This document shows, in pieces, positions 49,138 to 63,146 of a stretch of DNA of 64,000 bases. Source of the stretch: Rotaria socialis (Eukaryota); the NCBI GenBank assembly GCA_905331295.1, contig CAJNYD010000074.1, positions 186,001 to 250,000 on the forward strand, in the 5' to 3' direction. Both the position numbers and the translations under genes were made by a program. The notes under the pieces were generated by a model, which ran no database searches, was not told the DNA's origin, and was given only the letters and a program-made list of their open reading frames with translations. Position 1 is the stretch's first letter. Every line of letters begins with the position of its first letter.

Positions 49138-52003
49138 ATGGACATTAATACGATGACATCAACAACAGATATAGATTTTTATGTGGATAGTCGACCGATG
49201 AACGATGAGGAATTAACTAAATTACACGAATCAACATTACAAATGTTTCGTTCAAATAAAATTGGACCAAAGAATGCATTTGATATTGTACTTATTGATT
49301 ATTTACCTGCTATATTTGAAGCCACAAGTTTTGATGATGATCATATGAATAATTTTCAATCTGTTGGTACAACACTTGAAACATCAGGTTAGCTTTTTTA
49401 ATAAATAAAAACACTAAGTAAATGAGATTTTTTTTTGTTTCTTCAGCAAAAATCTATGCTGCTCGTATCGACTCACTCTATTCGGAAACACGTAAAGCTC
49501 AATCAATACTTCGTTCAACAAATGAAAACATTTATCGAATGCTTGACGATGACGATAACAACGAAGGTGATCAGAATGAAGGCGATTTTACGGAACGACG
49601 AGTTTCAAATAATAAAAAAATTCGTTTATTAATGAAACGAAAAAAGTCTATTGTTACTGATCGTAATAAGTTACTTCGAAAAAATCGTAACGATGAATTT
49701 CGACCAATTATGATAAATCAATTTTTTTTATCAGCTATGAACAATGATAATATTCTATTAAGTGAACTTTATGATAAAGTAAATACATCGATCACAATAA
49801 AACCAAATAAAAAAACTGTCAAAGAAGAAAATGATTTACTATCAGCAAGTCTTTTTTCACATGATTTCGTTTGTGATTCATTATCAATTGATACAACAAA
49901 TTCATCATTACTATCAAGTATGTGTGATAGGAAAAATACAGAAACAATATTTATTCCCTTAAATAAAAGTTTTTCTTATTATTCTATTGAATTATCAGCA
50001 TAAACAAACAAAAAATTATTCGAAAAACTTTTTTTATGGGTATAAATTGAGATTTTTTAAAAAAAAACTGATAAATGATTTTACAGAGAATTGTAGGATA
50101 TTTAAGAAGAAGTAAGTTTTATTTACACTAATTGGGATAAGGTTTTAACTGTAACTAATAGTGCATGGTAATCTGGTTATTGTAAAATTAGATTAGATAT
50201 AAAGTTCAACTGAAAATCGATCACATAGAATCAAGGGATGAATGCGGGTAAGACACCTGTCTTGCATTCTGATTCAGTAGATACGACCATGAAGAATTGT
50301 TTTCGTAGTGACATCATGAAAACAACTGAGGTTACTTTACTTTTCTAAAGTAACACGTTTATTAAATACGTCTCAAGAGAGTAAAAATATATTGGACATA
50401 TTCTTATTAACAAGTAGTACAAAAGAAATATGAGTGGCACTCGAAGAATGAAAAAATCGAGTGTCAACAAGTTTGACTCCGCAGGGCTTTATTCAAGGTG
50501 CAGCTTTCGTCAGCACGTAGGTCATGCTTCAAAGTATATTTGCACAGTTCACGATTATTTTTTGTTTCATGAACAATAACAGCCTCGTGCACGTACCCGA
50601 TATTTGTTCAATCGTACAAGTGCAGAACGAAAACAACACTAACGTTATGATAAAAAAATCATAGAATTGCCTGTCAAAATAGTAGTACCGTATAGACGTA
50701 CGAGCTTGTCATACGAAACCATATCGATATATTTGAATTCGCAAACTATTTTAATACGAATAAAATATCATCTTGTGAAATCGAAAACTGACTATTAAAT
50801 AGAACTGAATTAATGAACAAATACTAGTCACTTTCATAGTGTTCGCATTTTACTGTACCAAAAGTGATATCTACTGATAGAACTAAAATTTAATCATATA
50901 CTTTATGAACACAAAAAATTGACCTAAAATACAAAAAGAAAATGTTTTTTTCTCTTTTCCTAAAGCAATACTATTAAAGTGCTTCTTTTTTATTTCGTAG
51001 TTTATACGAATTGTTTTTATGTATCACAGTAGAAACTATAAAACAATGAGCTATATGTCCCCTAGAAATTTTAGAAAACAATGTTCATCTCTTGTTCATA
51101 TGATCTGCTTCTTGTATTGCTATATAAACGAATCCGATGAGCAGTTATCTTATCATTAAATCTTAATAATTTTCTTTGAATATTTCTATAGGCGACATTG
51201 ATCTTTCTTCGACAATGGATCTGAATTCAACTATTAAATCGAGTCAATTATTAACACCAAACAGTCTCATATCGTCAAATACAATGAATCTCTCTAGTAC
51301 ACCAATCAGATCACGTACAAATAGCCTGTCAAGTAATTCCAGCATTCTCACGAATGCTGCCAATCTTCTTACAGATATACCAAATGAATATTCGTATCTT
51401 GATTCAACCAAAGTTAATGCATTTATTAATGAAATCAATAATAATAATGCTAAACTTGACGATTTGATGATATCACCATTAAAACTAATTCGAAAACGAC
51501 GATTAAGTATCGAATATCCATTTCCATTTCTTGTTGAACAAGCTAAAAAGCAACGTATGACACCTAAAAAATTACGTGAACAACTTTTAAAACAAAATTT
51601 ATTATTACGTCCACCATCACCTGAATATGAATTTTCACCATTCGACACAATGAATGATTGTAATGATTTCATTCTACCATTGCCGTCTAATAATTCTAAT
51701 GATGTAATGATATCAAATTCTCAAACTATATCAAAACGACAACGTGCAATCGATTTTCGACATTTACAAACTAATATGCAACAAATTATATTTAAACATT
51801 TTGAAATAGATACAAATTTAGTTTTTAGTGAAGTTTATTCAAATATTCATCAAGATGATCATCAACAAATATCATCATCGGATATTGGTATTTGTTTTGC
51901 TGCTTTACTCAATAATTCTGTAAGATATCAACTTAACCTTGAGTCAAATGATATTCGAGATGATATTCGTATTTTACCTCCTGTATTTAACAATAAAGAT
52001 TAA
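49138..52003 (+). CDS. NCAPH: Condensin I kleisin subunit CAP-H/Barren-like (~510 aa, 3 exons)
   Basis: N-terminal NKIGPKNAFDIVLIDYL and NFQSVGTTLETS|AKIYAARIDSLY. C-terminal IDFRHLQTNM...CFAALL...YQLNL...DDIRI. Exons 49138-49387, 49447-49917 and 51192-52003 join in frame. Confidence 0.85.
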
Positions 52004-53390
52004 TTGTAACTATTCTTTTTGTGTTTTTTTAGTAAATCTCTTTTTTTCTGTCATTTGTACATGTATGTAAAAAAATTTTAATCAAATAAAAAATTCTTGC
52101 CTTTTTCTTTCTTTATTATTTTCTGTTTTTTTAACTATACTTTGATATGAACAAAATAAATGATTACTAATGATTAATACGAGCATAGAAGATTATAGCA
52201 TAACGGTAGAACTATAATACACAATATTGATAGTATTGTCAAAGTATTTTATTAAGAGATTTTTGGATCATTTTTTTTAAGGTTATTTTATATTGCTTAG
52301 TTTTCATTATGACCTTTTGATAGCATTCAGATATAGTCTTTTGATATTTTCTTGATATAATTCAATATTTTATAGTTGATTAGGAAATACAGCCAATGTA
52401 GTATTGAATGATTTATTAGCAAATATTATTCAAGAATCTATTGAAATAACTCAAAACTAAATGTTTTCAAGTGATAAATCATTGTCACTTGATACTATAT
52501 TCAAATCGATAGGGCTTAGCAAGTAGATGAAAATTCGTTAATGATTTGATTACCTGGACCCTTTTCACAGAGAAATTGAGTTTACAATGTATTGTCCTTG
52601 ATTTTCAACTGAAATGCTCTGATCAGTGCTGTTATGTGGACATAACTTCAGATTCACATATCTCGGTTTCTAAGGACACATGCTCAGATCATCAAAAAGA
52701 CATTCATCAATCTGTCAGGCCTTATTTATTAGTAATCTTTTCAACTTAAGAATAATTTATCAGTTGAGAATCTTTCATCGTAACTACTTCGCTTTTAAGC
52801 GATATAAAAGTTATCTAAATTCTGACATATCATTTTTATCCTTAAAATGAAAAACTACATATAAAAGTAATGTAAATATTTGTTAAAAAATTTTGGTTTG
52901 AATGAAGTTGAAAATAATTAATAAATTCATTCTTAAAAATATCTTCTAGATTTTATACATCGAATACACACACTCATTAGTCTTACAAATTCTTTTCATA
53001 CATAATATAGACTTCTCATACAATTTACTAGCACGGCCTCTCTTGAAATAAAATATATTCGATTCATTTTGTTTATTGAACTGTAGAGAAAGAAAATTTA
53101 TTTCTGTCGATGCAAACGTATTATTCTTGCGACTTTAATATTTGTATAAATGATATGAACAGGAAAATATTTTGACTCTAATTTCACTGAAATTAAAGTA
53201 CATAAAATTGTGTGATAACTTTTCTATTTATTTATCTTTGACTTCAGTTTACTATTCGTTTGAATACATGCGTGTGGCTTTATTATCATGCGATAGAAAC
53301 GAGATGAAGAAGTTTGAGATAAGAAATGAATAAGAGAAAAGAAACAGACGTTATTTTTTCTCTCATCATTCTGCTTTAGATTTAACAAAA

Positions 53391-54595
53391 ATGACGAGTT
53401 CCGATGATACGGTTAGAGAAAAATATTAGTTAGCTTTTGAAAATTCTATTTTCTTCTAAAATAGCCAATCTTATATTCATATTATCGAAGTTCATGTGCC
53501 TATCGAGTTCGAATCGGTGAGTATATTAAAAAAAGAAGAAGAAGAAAAACAACGAAAACATTTGTCTTTGTTTGTCTTAGCATTGAATTTGAAAAATATT
53601 CCTTTCATAATCCATCCAGTTAATCTTCTCAAAGGCGAAACAGTACTATATTGTTGATATTTTGATAGAAAAGTCATCTTATTAAATCCTTTTTTCTTAT
53701 AGTCAACTGAAGAACACAAAAAACTCAATCCAAAAGGCGAAATTCCAGTGAGTGAAAAACAAAATAAATCTTTTGAATTGTTTTACAAATTAAAATAATT
53801 CTTTTTCGTTTAGGTGCTTATCATTGATGGGAAAAAACTTGCTCAATCAGTAAGTGGACCTAAATAGAATTCTAATACTCTTTGTATATGCGTGTTTTTA
53901 TTTAGATTCCTATTATTGAATATATTGATGAAACATATCAAACAGAACCGAGAATTTTACCGCAAGACCCTTATCAACGTTATCAGGTAATAATATAAAA
54001 TGAAATTTTGAACGATAGAGGCATATATTTTCCCATAGGATTATTTAAATAATTTCCTGATTTAGGCTCGTTTGATTGCCGAAATAATTGCATCCGGCAT
54101 TCAGGTATTTTTTTCTTCTTCTATTCTCATGATATCTATTTGGTAATTTTATTTTTTTTTATCAAGCCATTACAAAATTTATGTGTTTTAAAACGTATTG
54201 GCGAAGAGAAAAGTGCTGCATGGGCTCATGATTTTATTAAAAAAGGACTTGATGGTAAATAAATCCATTGATTAATAATAGTCAACAATAGCGAATAATT
54301 TAACTTTGCTATAGCGATTGAAAAAGCTCTTGAAGAATCAGCAGGAAAATATTGTGTAGGTGATCAAGTGACAATAGCTGACTGTTGTCTTGTACCTCAA
54401 CTTTATAATGCACGACGGTACATATCGATTTCTTACTTAATTCGTCATGCTTATTATTGTTTTCTTTTAAGATTCAAAGTTGATTTAACTCCGTATCCAT
54501 TAATGACAGCGATCGACGAACGATTAAATGAACTTTCAGCATTCAAAGATGCACATCCAAATTGTCAAGTTGATTATCCTGGAGAAAAAAATTGA
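53391..54595 (+). CDS. GSTZ1: Glutathione S-transferase zeta / maleylacetoacetate isomerase
   Basis: Short exons encode PILYSYYRSSCAYRVRI (zeta SSC motif), LNPKGEIPV, IASGIQ|PLQN and YCVGDQVTIADCCLVPQLYNARR|FKVDL...AHPNCQVD. Confidence 0.93.
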
Positions 54596-55936
54596 AATCC
54601 TAACTAAACATGCTTTTTCTTGAATTATAACATCTTTTTCCTATTGAATTTTATCACGATTCTTAATTTTAAACAAGCAATAAATACAATAAAAGAGAAA
54701 TATTAAATGAATTTCATTCGAACAAGCATAAACATCTATTTTTATCAGAAAAATATGTTTATAATACCGAAAATATGTGTTTTTTTAAATAATATCTCCC
54801 GAAAGAGCTTTATTATTAAAAAAGATGAAAATATCGAGAATCATGATGACTAAATATAGCATTATTACTAATTTTCTCACAAGCATATCCCTAGAGAGTC
54901 AGTGAAACTTATTTTTCAATAAATATTCTTCTGACTTAGGAACAGAGAAAATATATTTGTATAATATTGCCAAGTATAAAAATTGACTTTTAATATTGAA
55001 AAATCAATCACAAGTAATGATTCATTTTTCTAGGGATTACTTGTTTTCGATCACAGGTGCTTTGATCCCATATTGATTGTGTCAATCAGAACCAAAGGTA
55101 ATGCACGGCTAATCGGCGAAAAGATATAAATATTGACCATGAAAACTATGGTAATCTTCTTTTTCCCCTTTTAAAATTAAGAATTAAGGACTGCTTGTCG
55201 TAGCACTAAATTGTGCTTTATTTTCAGGTTAAAAAATAACAGCATGTTCTGATAAAAAATTCATTTATATTCCTTTATACTTGAGAACAGAGAACAGATT
55301 TCAACTACACCTCAGTACGATAAAAAAAAAGTTCAAGGTAATCGCGAGTTGTGTTAATTTGCTTCAAGTACAAAGTACGCTGTTTCCTACCTAGATTGAT
55401 AAGTATACTTGTACAGAATGAAAAACCAAAATTATTGCTATCTCTTTGGATTAATATTCATGTCTTATTCTGTTTCATATGAAATGCAGTGAATATTAAT
55501 TTATCATGAACTTTATATTCTAGTGTGAAAGAATCATAGTAAGAAAAAATAGTTTGTTCTGTTCAAAAAGCATTGTTCATATGTTATTGATAAGTTGTAT
55601 CTTAATGTTTTTAAGTCCCTCATGCCTAATCGTATTTATTTTCCTTTTTTTACATATTATGGTGTTTGTCTTTGTACTTTGGAAAGTCATATGCGTGGCT
55701 TGTCTATATTCACATCATAGACTAACTGATAACGTATATATACTAAGCGACACAAGAAGAAGAAGAAGAAGCAGAAGAGAGAAATGAAATATACAACTCA
55801 CACAAGCGAACACTCTTTTTATATTCAGATCATTGATCTATATTCACGCTTATCAGAAATACATATATATATATATGTATACATTTTCTTTTTCTTGTTA
55901 AGGTTTGCTATTCAACTGAAAGAAAAACAAAAAATC

Positions 55937-58900
55937 ATGCCAGAGACCAGTGAACGTCAATTATCAACTAGTGAAGACGAATCAGGTAGACAAAGACGAT
56001 CCAGTAGTGGAAGTAAACGAGAAAATACAGAACGGAATAGAATTCCTTTTTTTTAATTTCAAATTTTATTAATCTAGCATCTGAAAATCGTGCAACAATG
56101 GTTACATATTGGAAACGAAATTCAAACCCAAATCTTCAAAGTATGATGCTTGATACAAATGCAGATAAAATTAATCAATATGAGTATCCTGAAATACTTG
56201 AATGTTTGCCTGATCTTGACGGTAAACGTGTACTGGAATTGGGAGCTGGTATTGGGTTTGTATTTAAAATTGAATTAAAAACACAATATTATTACTATGC
56301 GCTTTCCCTTGACTAAATTTAGACGTTTTACGAAAAAATTTGCTCAATTAGCTAAATCTGTTGTGGCTGTTGACTTTATGGAAAGTTTTTTAGAAAAAAA
56401 TAAAGAGGAAAATGGTCATTACGGTACCGTAGAGTTTTTACATAAAGATGCAACACAATTATCATTTGAAGCACATAGGTACTTTTCAAAAGAAGAAAAA
56501 GCAGACAGAAAAATTGATTAGCAATTTCGTTTACTTGTTTCTTTTTTTTCTAGTTTTGATATTGTCTTTAGCAATTGGCTATTTATGTATCTTTCTGATG
56601 AAGAAACTGAACAACTATTAGAAAAAAGTCTTTTATGGCTTGCACCAGGAGGGACATTATTTTTTCGTGAATCATGCTTTCATTCTTCAGGTTCGTATTA
56701 ATTTATACTAAATCGGAATTATGATTCAACATCATTTGTTTTAAAACGTTTTGCCTCTCTCAACTTTTTTTTCTCATTCAGATACTATTTGTCACGGGTT
56801 TCTTTTCTGTGAATTTAATTTAATGCTTTTACTTTTATAGGAAATATCAAACCTGATGAAAATCCAACATACTATCGTTCACCACGACAGTATATTGATA
56901 TTTGTCAATCACGTATACTGAATGGAACACCTAATCATCCACATGACCAGGTTTATGAACTTATTTTTGCTAAAGCATTGGAATCATATTATGAAATTAA
57001 AAATAATAATAATCAGGTAAAATACACAAACTAAAAAGAAATTTTGATTAGACTTCATTTCTTTCTTTTAGGTTTGTTTTCTATTTTTAAAAACAAATTT
57101 ACGAAATCTTCATGGCTATAAAACATTACAAGATTTTCTTGATCATTCGGAATACGCTGAAAAAAGTATACAAAAATATGAGTCTGTACGTGGCGAAGGT
57201 TATGTTACTATTGGTGGTGCTGAATTGACAAGAGAACTTACAAAACGTCTTAACTTAACAGCAACACAACGTTTATTAAATTTTGGTAGTGCAACTGGCG
57301 GAAGTTCATTTCAAATTTCTCAAGTTTGAAATTTTGAAAAAATCAAAAAAACCTATTCATTGACATATTTCTTTTTGTCTCCTAGGATTATGACTGTGAA
57401 ATTGTTGGTGTAGATATTTCAGCTAACATGGTCGGCATTGGTACTAAGTAAAAACCGATGTTAGTTGGATTTTGAAATTTATTTATTTTATTTTGTTAGC
57501 ATGGGATCGAGCTCTATTATATAAAGGACGTCGAATTCGTTTTGAAGTTGGTGATGGTACAAAAATGCGATTTGCACCATCAAAATTTGATGCTGTCTAT
57601 AGGTAATACCAAAAATAGTTGTTTGTATTCCTGTAAACAACAATTTGAAATATTTAATTTTTCAAGTCGTGATGTCATCTTTCATGTTTCCGATAAGGCA
57701 GAGCTACTTAATAACTTTTATACGTGGCTCAAGAATGGTGGTCGATTATTGATTACAGATTTTTGTTGTGGTATTACACCATTTTCACAAGATCTTATTG
57801 ACTATGCACGTTCCGGTATGTATACGCTTACATCAATACAAGAATATACTGAAGTAATATAAAAACATGAAAAGCACAAAAATCGAATCTTTTGAATTGG
57901 TTTTGTTTTATTTTTTCCGTAGCTCTTTGAAAAATGTGGATTTACGGATGTTCATGTAGAAGATCGCTCTGATTTATATCAACAATATTGTCAAAATGAA
58001 ATTGAGATAGCTGAAAAAAATCGAATGAATCCTGATTCCGTAAGTATTCAACAGTGTCGGAAGTGTATAACTCAGGTCAAACAGTTCGGCCTGGACACGG
58101 CCGGTTCCGCGTAGTTCCGTTGATTTTGTAGAAGCAGTATGCCGATTGGAAATTTTTTCCGTGATTTCCCCATCAATTCCTGCCGGAAAGCACAGGAACT
58201 TGGCAGGAATCCACCGGAAAAGTTCAACCGTATTTTTGACCGGAATACTGCTTCCATGTACCAGCGATTTCACGTGTTTTCCTGCAGGATACGGTGACTT
58301 TCCCGCATGTTTTCTGAAGTATTCTACGGGATCCGGTGACCGGAATTTTCGATCTGGGAATTAAAGATGAATGAGTAGTTCTGTTCTTCGCCTTCCATTA
58401 TAGATGCAGAGAGAATTTTTCATGTGAAAACCTAATTTTTTCAATCGTATTCTTTTTCTGAAAAAGAAAATGTTCGTATGTGATAATTGATAAAATTTCG
58501 ACTTTCTTCATTTCTCTTTAATCCTCAAACTTTGTTTTTTATTTTGAAATATCCAATGTGAACCGATATAGTGCATCAAGAAATGTTATGAATGAATAAC
58601 ATTTTTTTTCTCTAGATGCAGCTTACAATGCTAAGTTTGAATTTTTCATAGAATTGAAAACAATCAATGTTTTGTCATTTATAGAAAAAATAAATTATCA
58701 TAAAAAACAATGAGAATTATTCCATAAAATCTAGTTCGAAAAAATTAAAAGAAGTGTACTTTTGACCAGTTCGTCAAGTTTCATCTAATGAGCTATAAAG
58801 AAAAGAAAGACAATTCCATTTTTATTTTGTATTTCTGGAATTTTCCGTTTACTTTCTATCTACTTATTTTTTATTTCTTTTATACTACGTGTTTAGAAAT

Positions 58901-59043
58901 TAAGTCGTCAAGAATTAGAAGAATGTGTTCGACAATGGAAATTAAAGTACTCTCTAACAAATTCTGGTCAACGTCGCTGGTGTATTTTTGAAGCAACCAA
59001 ACCATCAGTATCTTTTTATGAAGGCGATGATAATGAGCAATAA
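55937..59043 (+). CDS. Two-domain phosphoethanolamine N-methyltransferase (PMT)
   Basis: MT1: [42 protein letters not shown] and NPTYYR. MT2: TLQDFLD..EY, YE...[24 protein letters not shown] and [14 protein letters not shown]. Last exon ends ...DDNEQ* at 59043. Confidence 0.9.
58071..58358. mobile_element. C(C/T)CAG-ended MITE in the last PMT intron
   Basis: Starts CTCAGGTCAAACAGTTC and ends GAATTTTCGATCTGGG, with AA on both sides. Rich in CCGG/TTCCGG repeats. Confidence 0.7.
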
Positions 59044-59142
59044 ATGATTTCATTATTGCCGTATGAGATTGGTCTATTTGATCAAAAGAAAAAAAAAGAA
59101 CACAAAATAAACCAGTATTGAAAAGAAAAATAAAGAAATAAA

Positions 59143-60009
59143 TCATATTAGAGAAGGTGATTTGTCTAAATGAGATTTATCTCCATCTTGTTGATCTAGA
59201 AAAAAAAAGAATCTTAGTTAACAAATGAAAAAAAAAACTTCTTTATTAATTTACCATCTTTGAGATGTTTTTCTCGTAGATATATCATCATATTTTCAAT
59301 ATGCTCATCAACATGACAACCATGCCGTCTGAATTCCTCGCTACACGTAATGAAAGTTGAAGAAAATGAAATAGGCTTTCAAATAAAATCTTACTATGTA
59401 ATACTATAATCAAACTTGATTTTCTGAGCTATATACGATATCATAAATAATGAAGTTTCACCGTGTGGACCTTTTTCCGAACCACAATGTTTATGAAAAT
59501 TTGTATTTGTGAAAATATTATAGTGAATATTCTATATGAAAACAAAAGAACAAGAAAATCTTTTTTTTGCTTCATAAATAATTCAATCAAACCTCAAGAT
59601 CATGTGTATTTGTAGTATAACGATCATTTTCAACAATTTCCAATGTATTGAATATAAATTCTACAAACATATGATATATATGACATAAAAATACCGAGTT
59701 CTCATCGTTTTTTGTTTGTTCATGGTGTGCTAAATAGTCATCAAGAAATTTAGCTGCTTGACATGCTGTTTTAGCCAAGTTAATATCACTTTATATTGAT
59801 ATTTATTATGAATACGTGTTAATGTATTTGTGACAATACCGGAATAGGTTTTTGTTGGTGATGAGACTGTTGTTAGCGATGAAATATTCTTTTTCAAGGA
59901 AAAAAAAACAAGGATAATAAAATATTAATAATAATTAATTATTTAGATTTACTTTCAACATAAAAAATGGTCGCATGTTAAATGATAAGATTTTCGACAG
60001 GCGAATCAT
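59143..60009 (-). CDS. Uncharacterised His-rich protein (~190 aa, 6 exons) with a possible mitochondrial presequence
   Basis: Exons join in frame through short GT-AG introns: MIRLSKILSFNMRPFFMLK|NISSLTT...TLT|PCQAAKFLDDYLAHHEQ...HDLE|NIHY...HKHCG...IT|YEEFRRHGCHVDEH...|...SPSLI*. Confidence 0.7.
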
Positions 60010-61802
60010 AGTTTATCAATTTATCTAAAACATTCATTAGATCATATATTATTATCAAGATAATCAACTGAAACATATATTAATTATTTGTCGAAAACTT
60101 CAACTTTATTTAAAACCACATCCAAAAAAAAGAAGAAAATTAGCTTTTGACATAGCAAAAAACAATGAAAACGCAGGCAAGTACATCGGCAGATAATTTA
60201 GGGTTCAATTTTTCATAAATGTTATAATTTTTTATTTTAAATAACAAGTCACGATACATTGCATTACAGACTCTTATATTTACTTGAGTAATATTTTTAT
60301 TAAATTTTAAATATTTATACAAAGAGTTTTACAAGTTCTTGAAACAAGCTCGGTACTGTGTTTTGACGTGTTATTTGAAATAAAACTAGAAGCATATTTA
60401 GAATGACTCAGAACGGATATTCTTAATTGAGGAAATGAGCTATGATTGACATCTGGTCGATAAATATCTCTATCAAACATTACAGTATAGAACTGAAGAT
60501 TTTACCATAAATTTTTGGCGAAAATCGAAATATATCCTGTGAAGTTCAGGTAATCGGGATGTATCTAACGTGAAATGAATTTTTCAGCGAGTCAATCCCA
60601 TTAAAACTAAATATAAACTTAACGAACTGATTCTCATAGGACAATACCGTCATTTTTAGTTCAAGCAAATTTGAAATATTGTTTTTGTTCAATAATCAAA
60701 ATCAATAGATTGTGAGATTATTATGTATTGGATCCATTTATTATTTTAACATCAAGTTTTTGTTGCCATCCTGCCAGTATATTTTTTTAGTTAAGGAATA
60801 TTTCTTGATATGGAACTATCGTAAATTTAATAGATATGCCAGAATGAAATATCTAGTAGGATCAATCCATTTAAAAGAAACTGTTTCATAGGTCCTGGGG
60901 TGTCAGAAGATTTGTTTTTGAGCAACGGTCTAAATCGAAACTATCATAACTCTGTTAGAAAGCGTGTTCTCTAGTAAACAAATGAATATAGAATATATTG
61001 TAAAACGTCGAATTTTGAACTTTAACTTATAATATCCATGCATAAAGTTTGCAAGACTTTTCTCCAATTGAACTCGGATATCTTGATAAATCTAAACGAA
61101 AGATGATTGTTTCAATATCAACATATCTTACATTTAACATAGTGAAGAATCATATTTCAAAAGTATCGACAAGGTATTGAAAATGTTTTTGAGATATTCT
61201 ATAATGGAATCACTGAGAAAGTCATTTCTAGAAAACGTTTTTTAAAATTCGCCGATCTCTTTCTAATACCAATAAGAATGTTTTGCGCGATGCCGAATAT
61301 CATGTTTATTGAATAGCCTTGTAGAATATTCCTCGATTTTAATCGACTGATGATTCGACTGTCTCACTCTCCTTGATTGATCGATGATTAGTTGGTGCAG
61401 TGGGCTGTTACATTCACATTTCATCAGTACATATATTTTAATGTAGCCCAGTTTACATTTGTCCCGAAATGCACTAATACATAACATTACAAGTCCTTGA
61501 ATGAATCATCTCATTTTGGTGAATATATTAATATCGAATGTTTTTCAGAAAAACTTGAAAATTGTCTCATTTCTTTTAGGTACATGGATATTTAGTATGT
61601 CCTATTTGAAGCTCATTTTAATACAACTCATCTTAGGCTTGAAACCTATATCCATTATAAGCAGGATTTTCGTATGAGAATTTTTTACATCATGAAGATT
61701 AACTACACTATCAAAAATTCGTGTAGATTTACAACGATTGAAAATTCAAAATAAAAGTGCAGTATGATCCGTGAAAAAAAGACTGAGCCAACGTACTATC
61801 TT

Positions 61803-62335
61803 TAGAGCCATGCAGGGTGCACGTAACCTGGTCCTGCCCTGCCAGGGCAGGGCCAGGTTATGAAATTTTTACAGGGCAAGTTACAGGTTGTCCATATCGT
61901 AACCTGTTAACCTAAGATTAATTTTGAACAACCGACATTTCCGGTATCTTTTAAAAAAATTATGCATGAAGAAAGATGAATTTACCGAGACTAAAACACT
62001 CATATTATAAAAAATGATCGGCTATGATAGATTGCATCTAGTTTTGCTTATTCGATATTTTTCTATTAGAAATCTTGAAGAAATTAAACGTTATTTTTAT
62101 CCGATTCAAATTTGAAGTACATATAATTAAATGTATTATAAATACTGATAGGAAATTTTGGATATTCCTCTATTTTAAAAATAGCAGGGCAGGGCAGGGC
62201 AGGTTACAGGCTGCAGTAGAAAGTGTTAGGGCAAGGTACGCAAAAATGCTCACAGGGCAGGGCAGGGTCAGGTTACAAAAAAATTTTGCAGGGCAGGTTA
62301 CAGGTTATAAAAATCCTGCACCCTGCAGCCGTCTA
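61803..62335. mobile_element. hAT-type MITE with GCAGG subterminal repeats
   Basis: Ends TAGAGCCATGCAGGGTGCA / revcomp TAGACGGCTGCAGGGTGCA; TSD 6/8 (actatctt / accatatt); many CAGGG/CAGGTTA repeats. Confidence 0.75.
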
Positions 62336-63008
62336 ACCATATTGGCTTTGATAGAAATTGTTAATGAATCTAGTAATTAGTTTCTATAATGAAACACCTG
62401 TTACTTTGATTTCACTTAATTATATATTTGCTTTGTCTTGATTTGTCAAAATTTCAAGAATCAAAATCGATTTTGAACATTTATTTGTGTTTGATCTAAA
62501 ATTTTTACAAAGAGAAAAAAAATTATTGAATTAAAAGAACTTTGATCATTTATATTATTATTCACGCTATGTTATAAAATGTTATTGTTGTCTTCAATAT
62601 TATTCTAAAGCAAAAGTCAGACAATAATCAGATCACCTTACGTATGAGAATCAAAATTGAAAACAAGCATAATCATCACACATTTTACGAGACAACAAGT
62701 CACTAAAAGCAAATTGCTGAAATGTAAACGCTATACAAAAAGAAGAAAAAGATTGTGCATTTGTGTTTGATCAAGCAAAAAAAATCTGAATCCAAGAAGG
62801 GTAACACAAACAAAATATGTATAAGAAAGATGTGAGAGATGAAGGCAGAAAGCGAAAAAAACACAGACTAAAGTTATACAATAGAAATAACATGCTTGTT
62901 CAAATGAGAAATAAAAATGAGACCGGGCTTAGTTTAGCTGCATTCTAACATAGTTCTATTACTGATTATAGCACCATATCACTGATAAAGCAGGCTGAGT
63001 TGCATTGT

Positions 63009-63112
63009 CTATGAAGACGAAGGTGGGGGTCGTGAGTCGTGTTCATCATCATCTTGCTGCATTGGTGATGATCCACGTTTGTTTGATCGATGTTGGTGAA
63101 CAGATCTATGTT

Positions 63113-63146
<34 letters not shown>

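Noticed and set aside
57974..58364. Overlapping short ORFs in the PMT intron
   Set aside because: By-products of a GC-rich MITE with no protein motifs.
59770..59820. Apparent frameshift in the orphan gene
   Set aside because: A 50-nt GT-AG intron (gtattc...aaacag on the minus strand) restores the frame.
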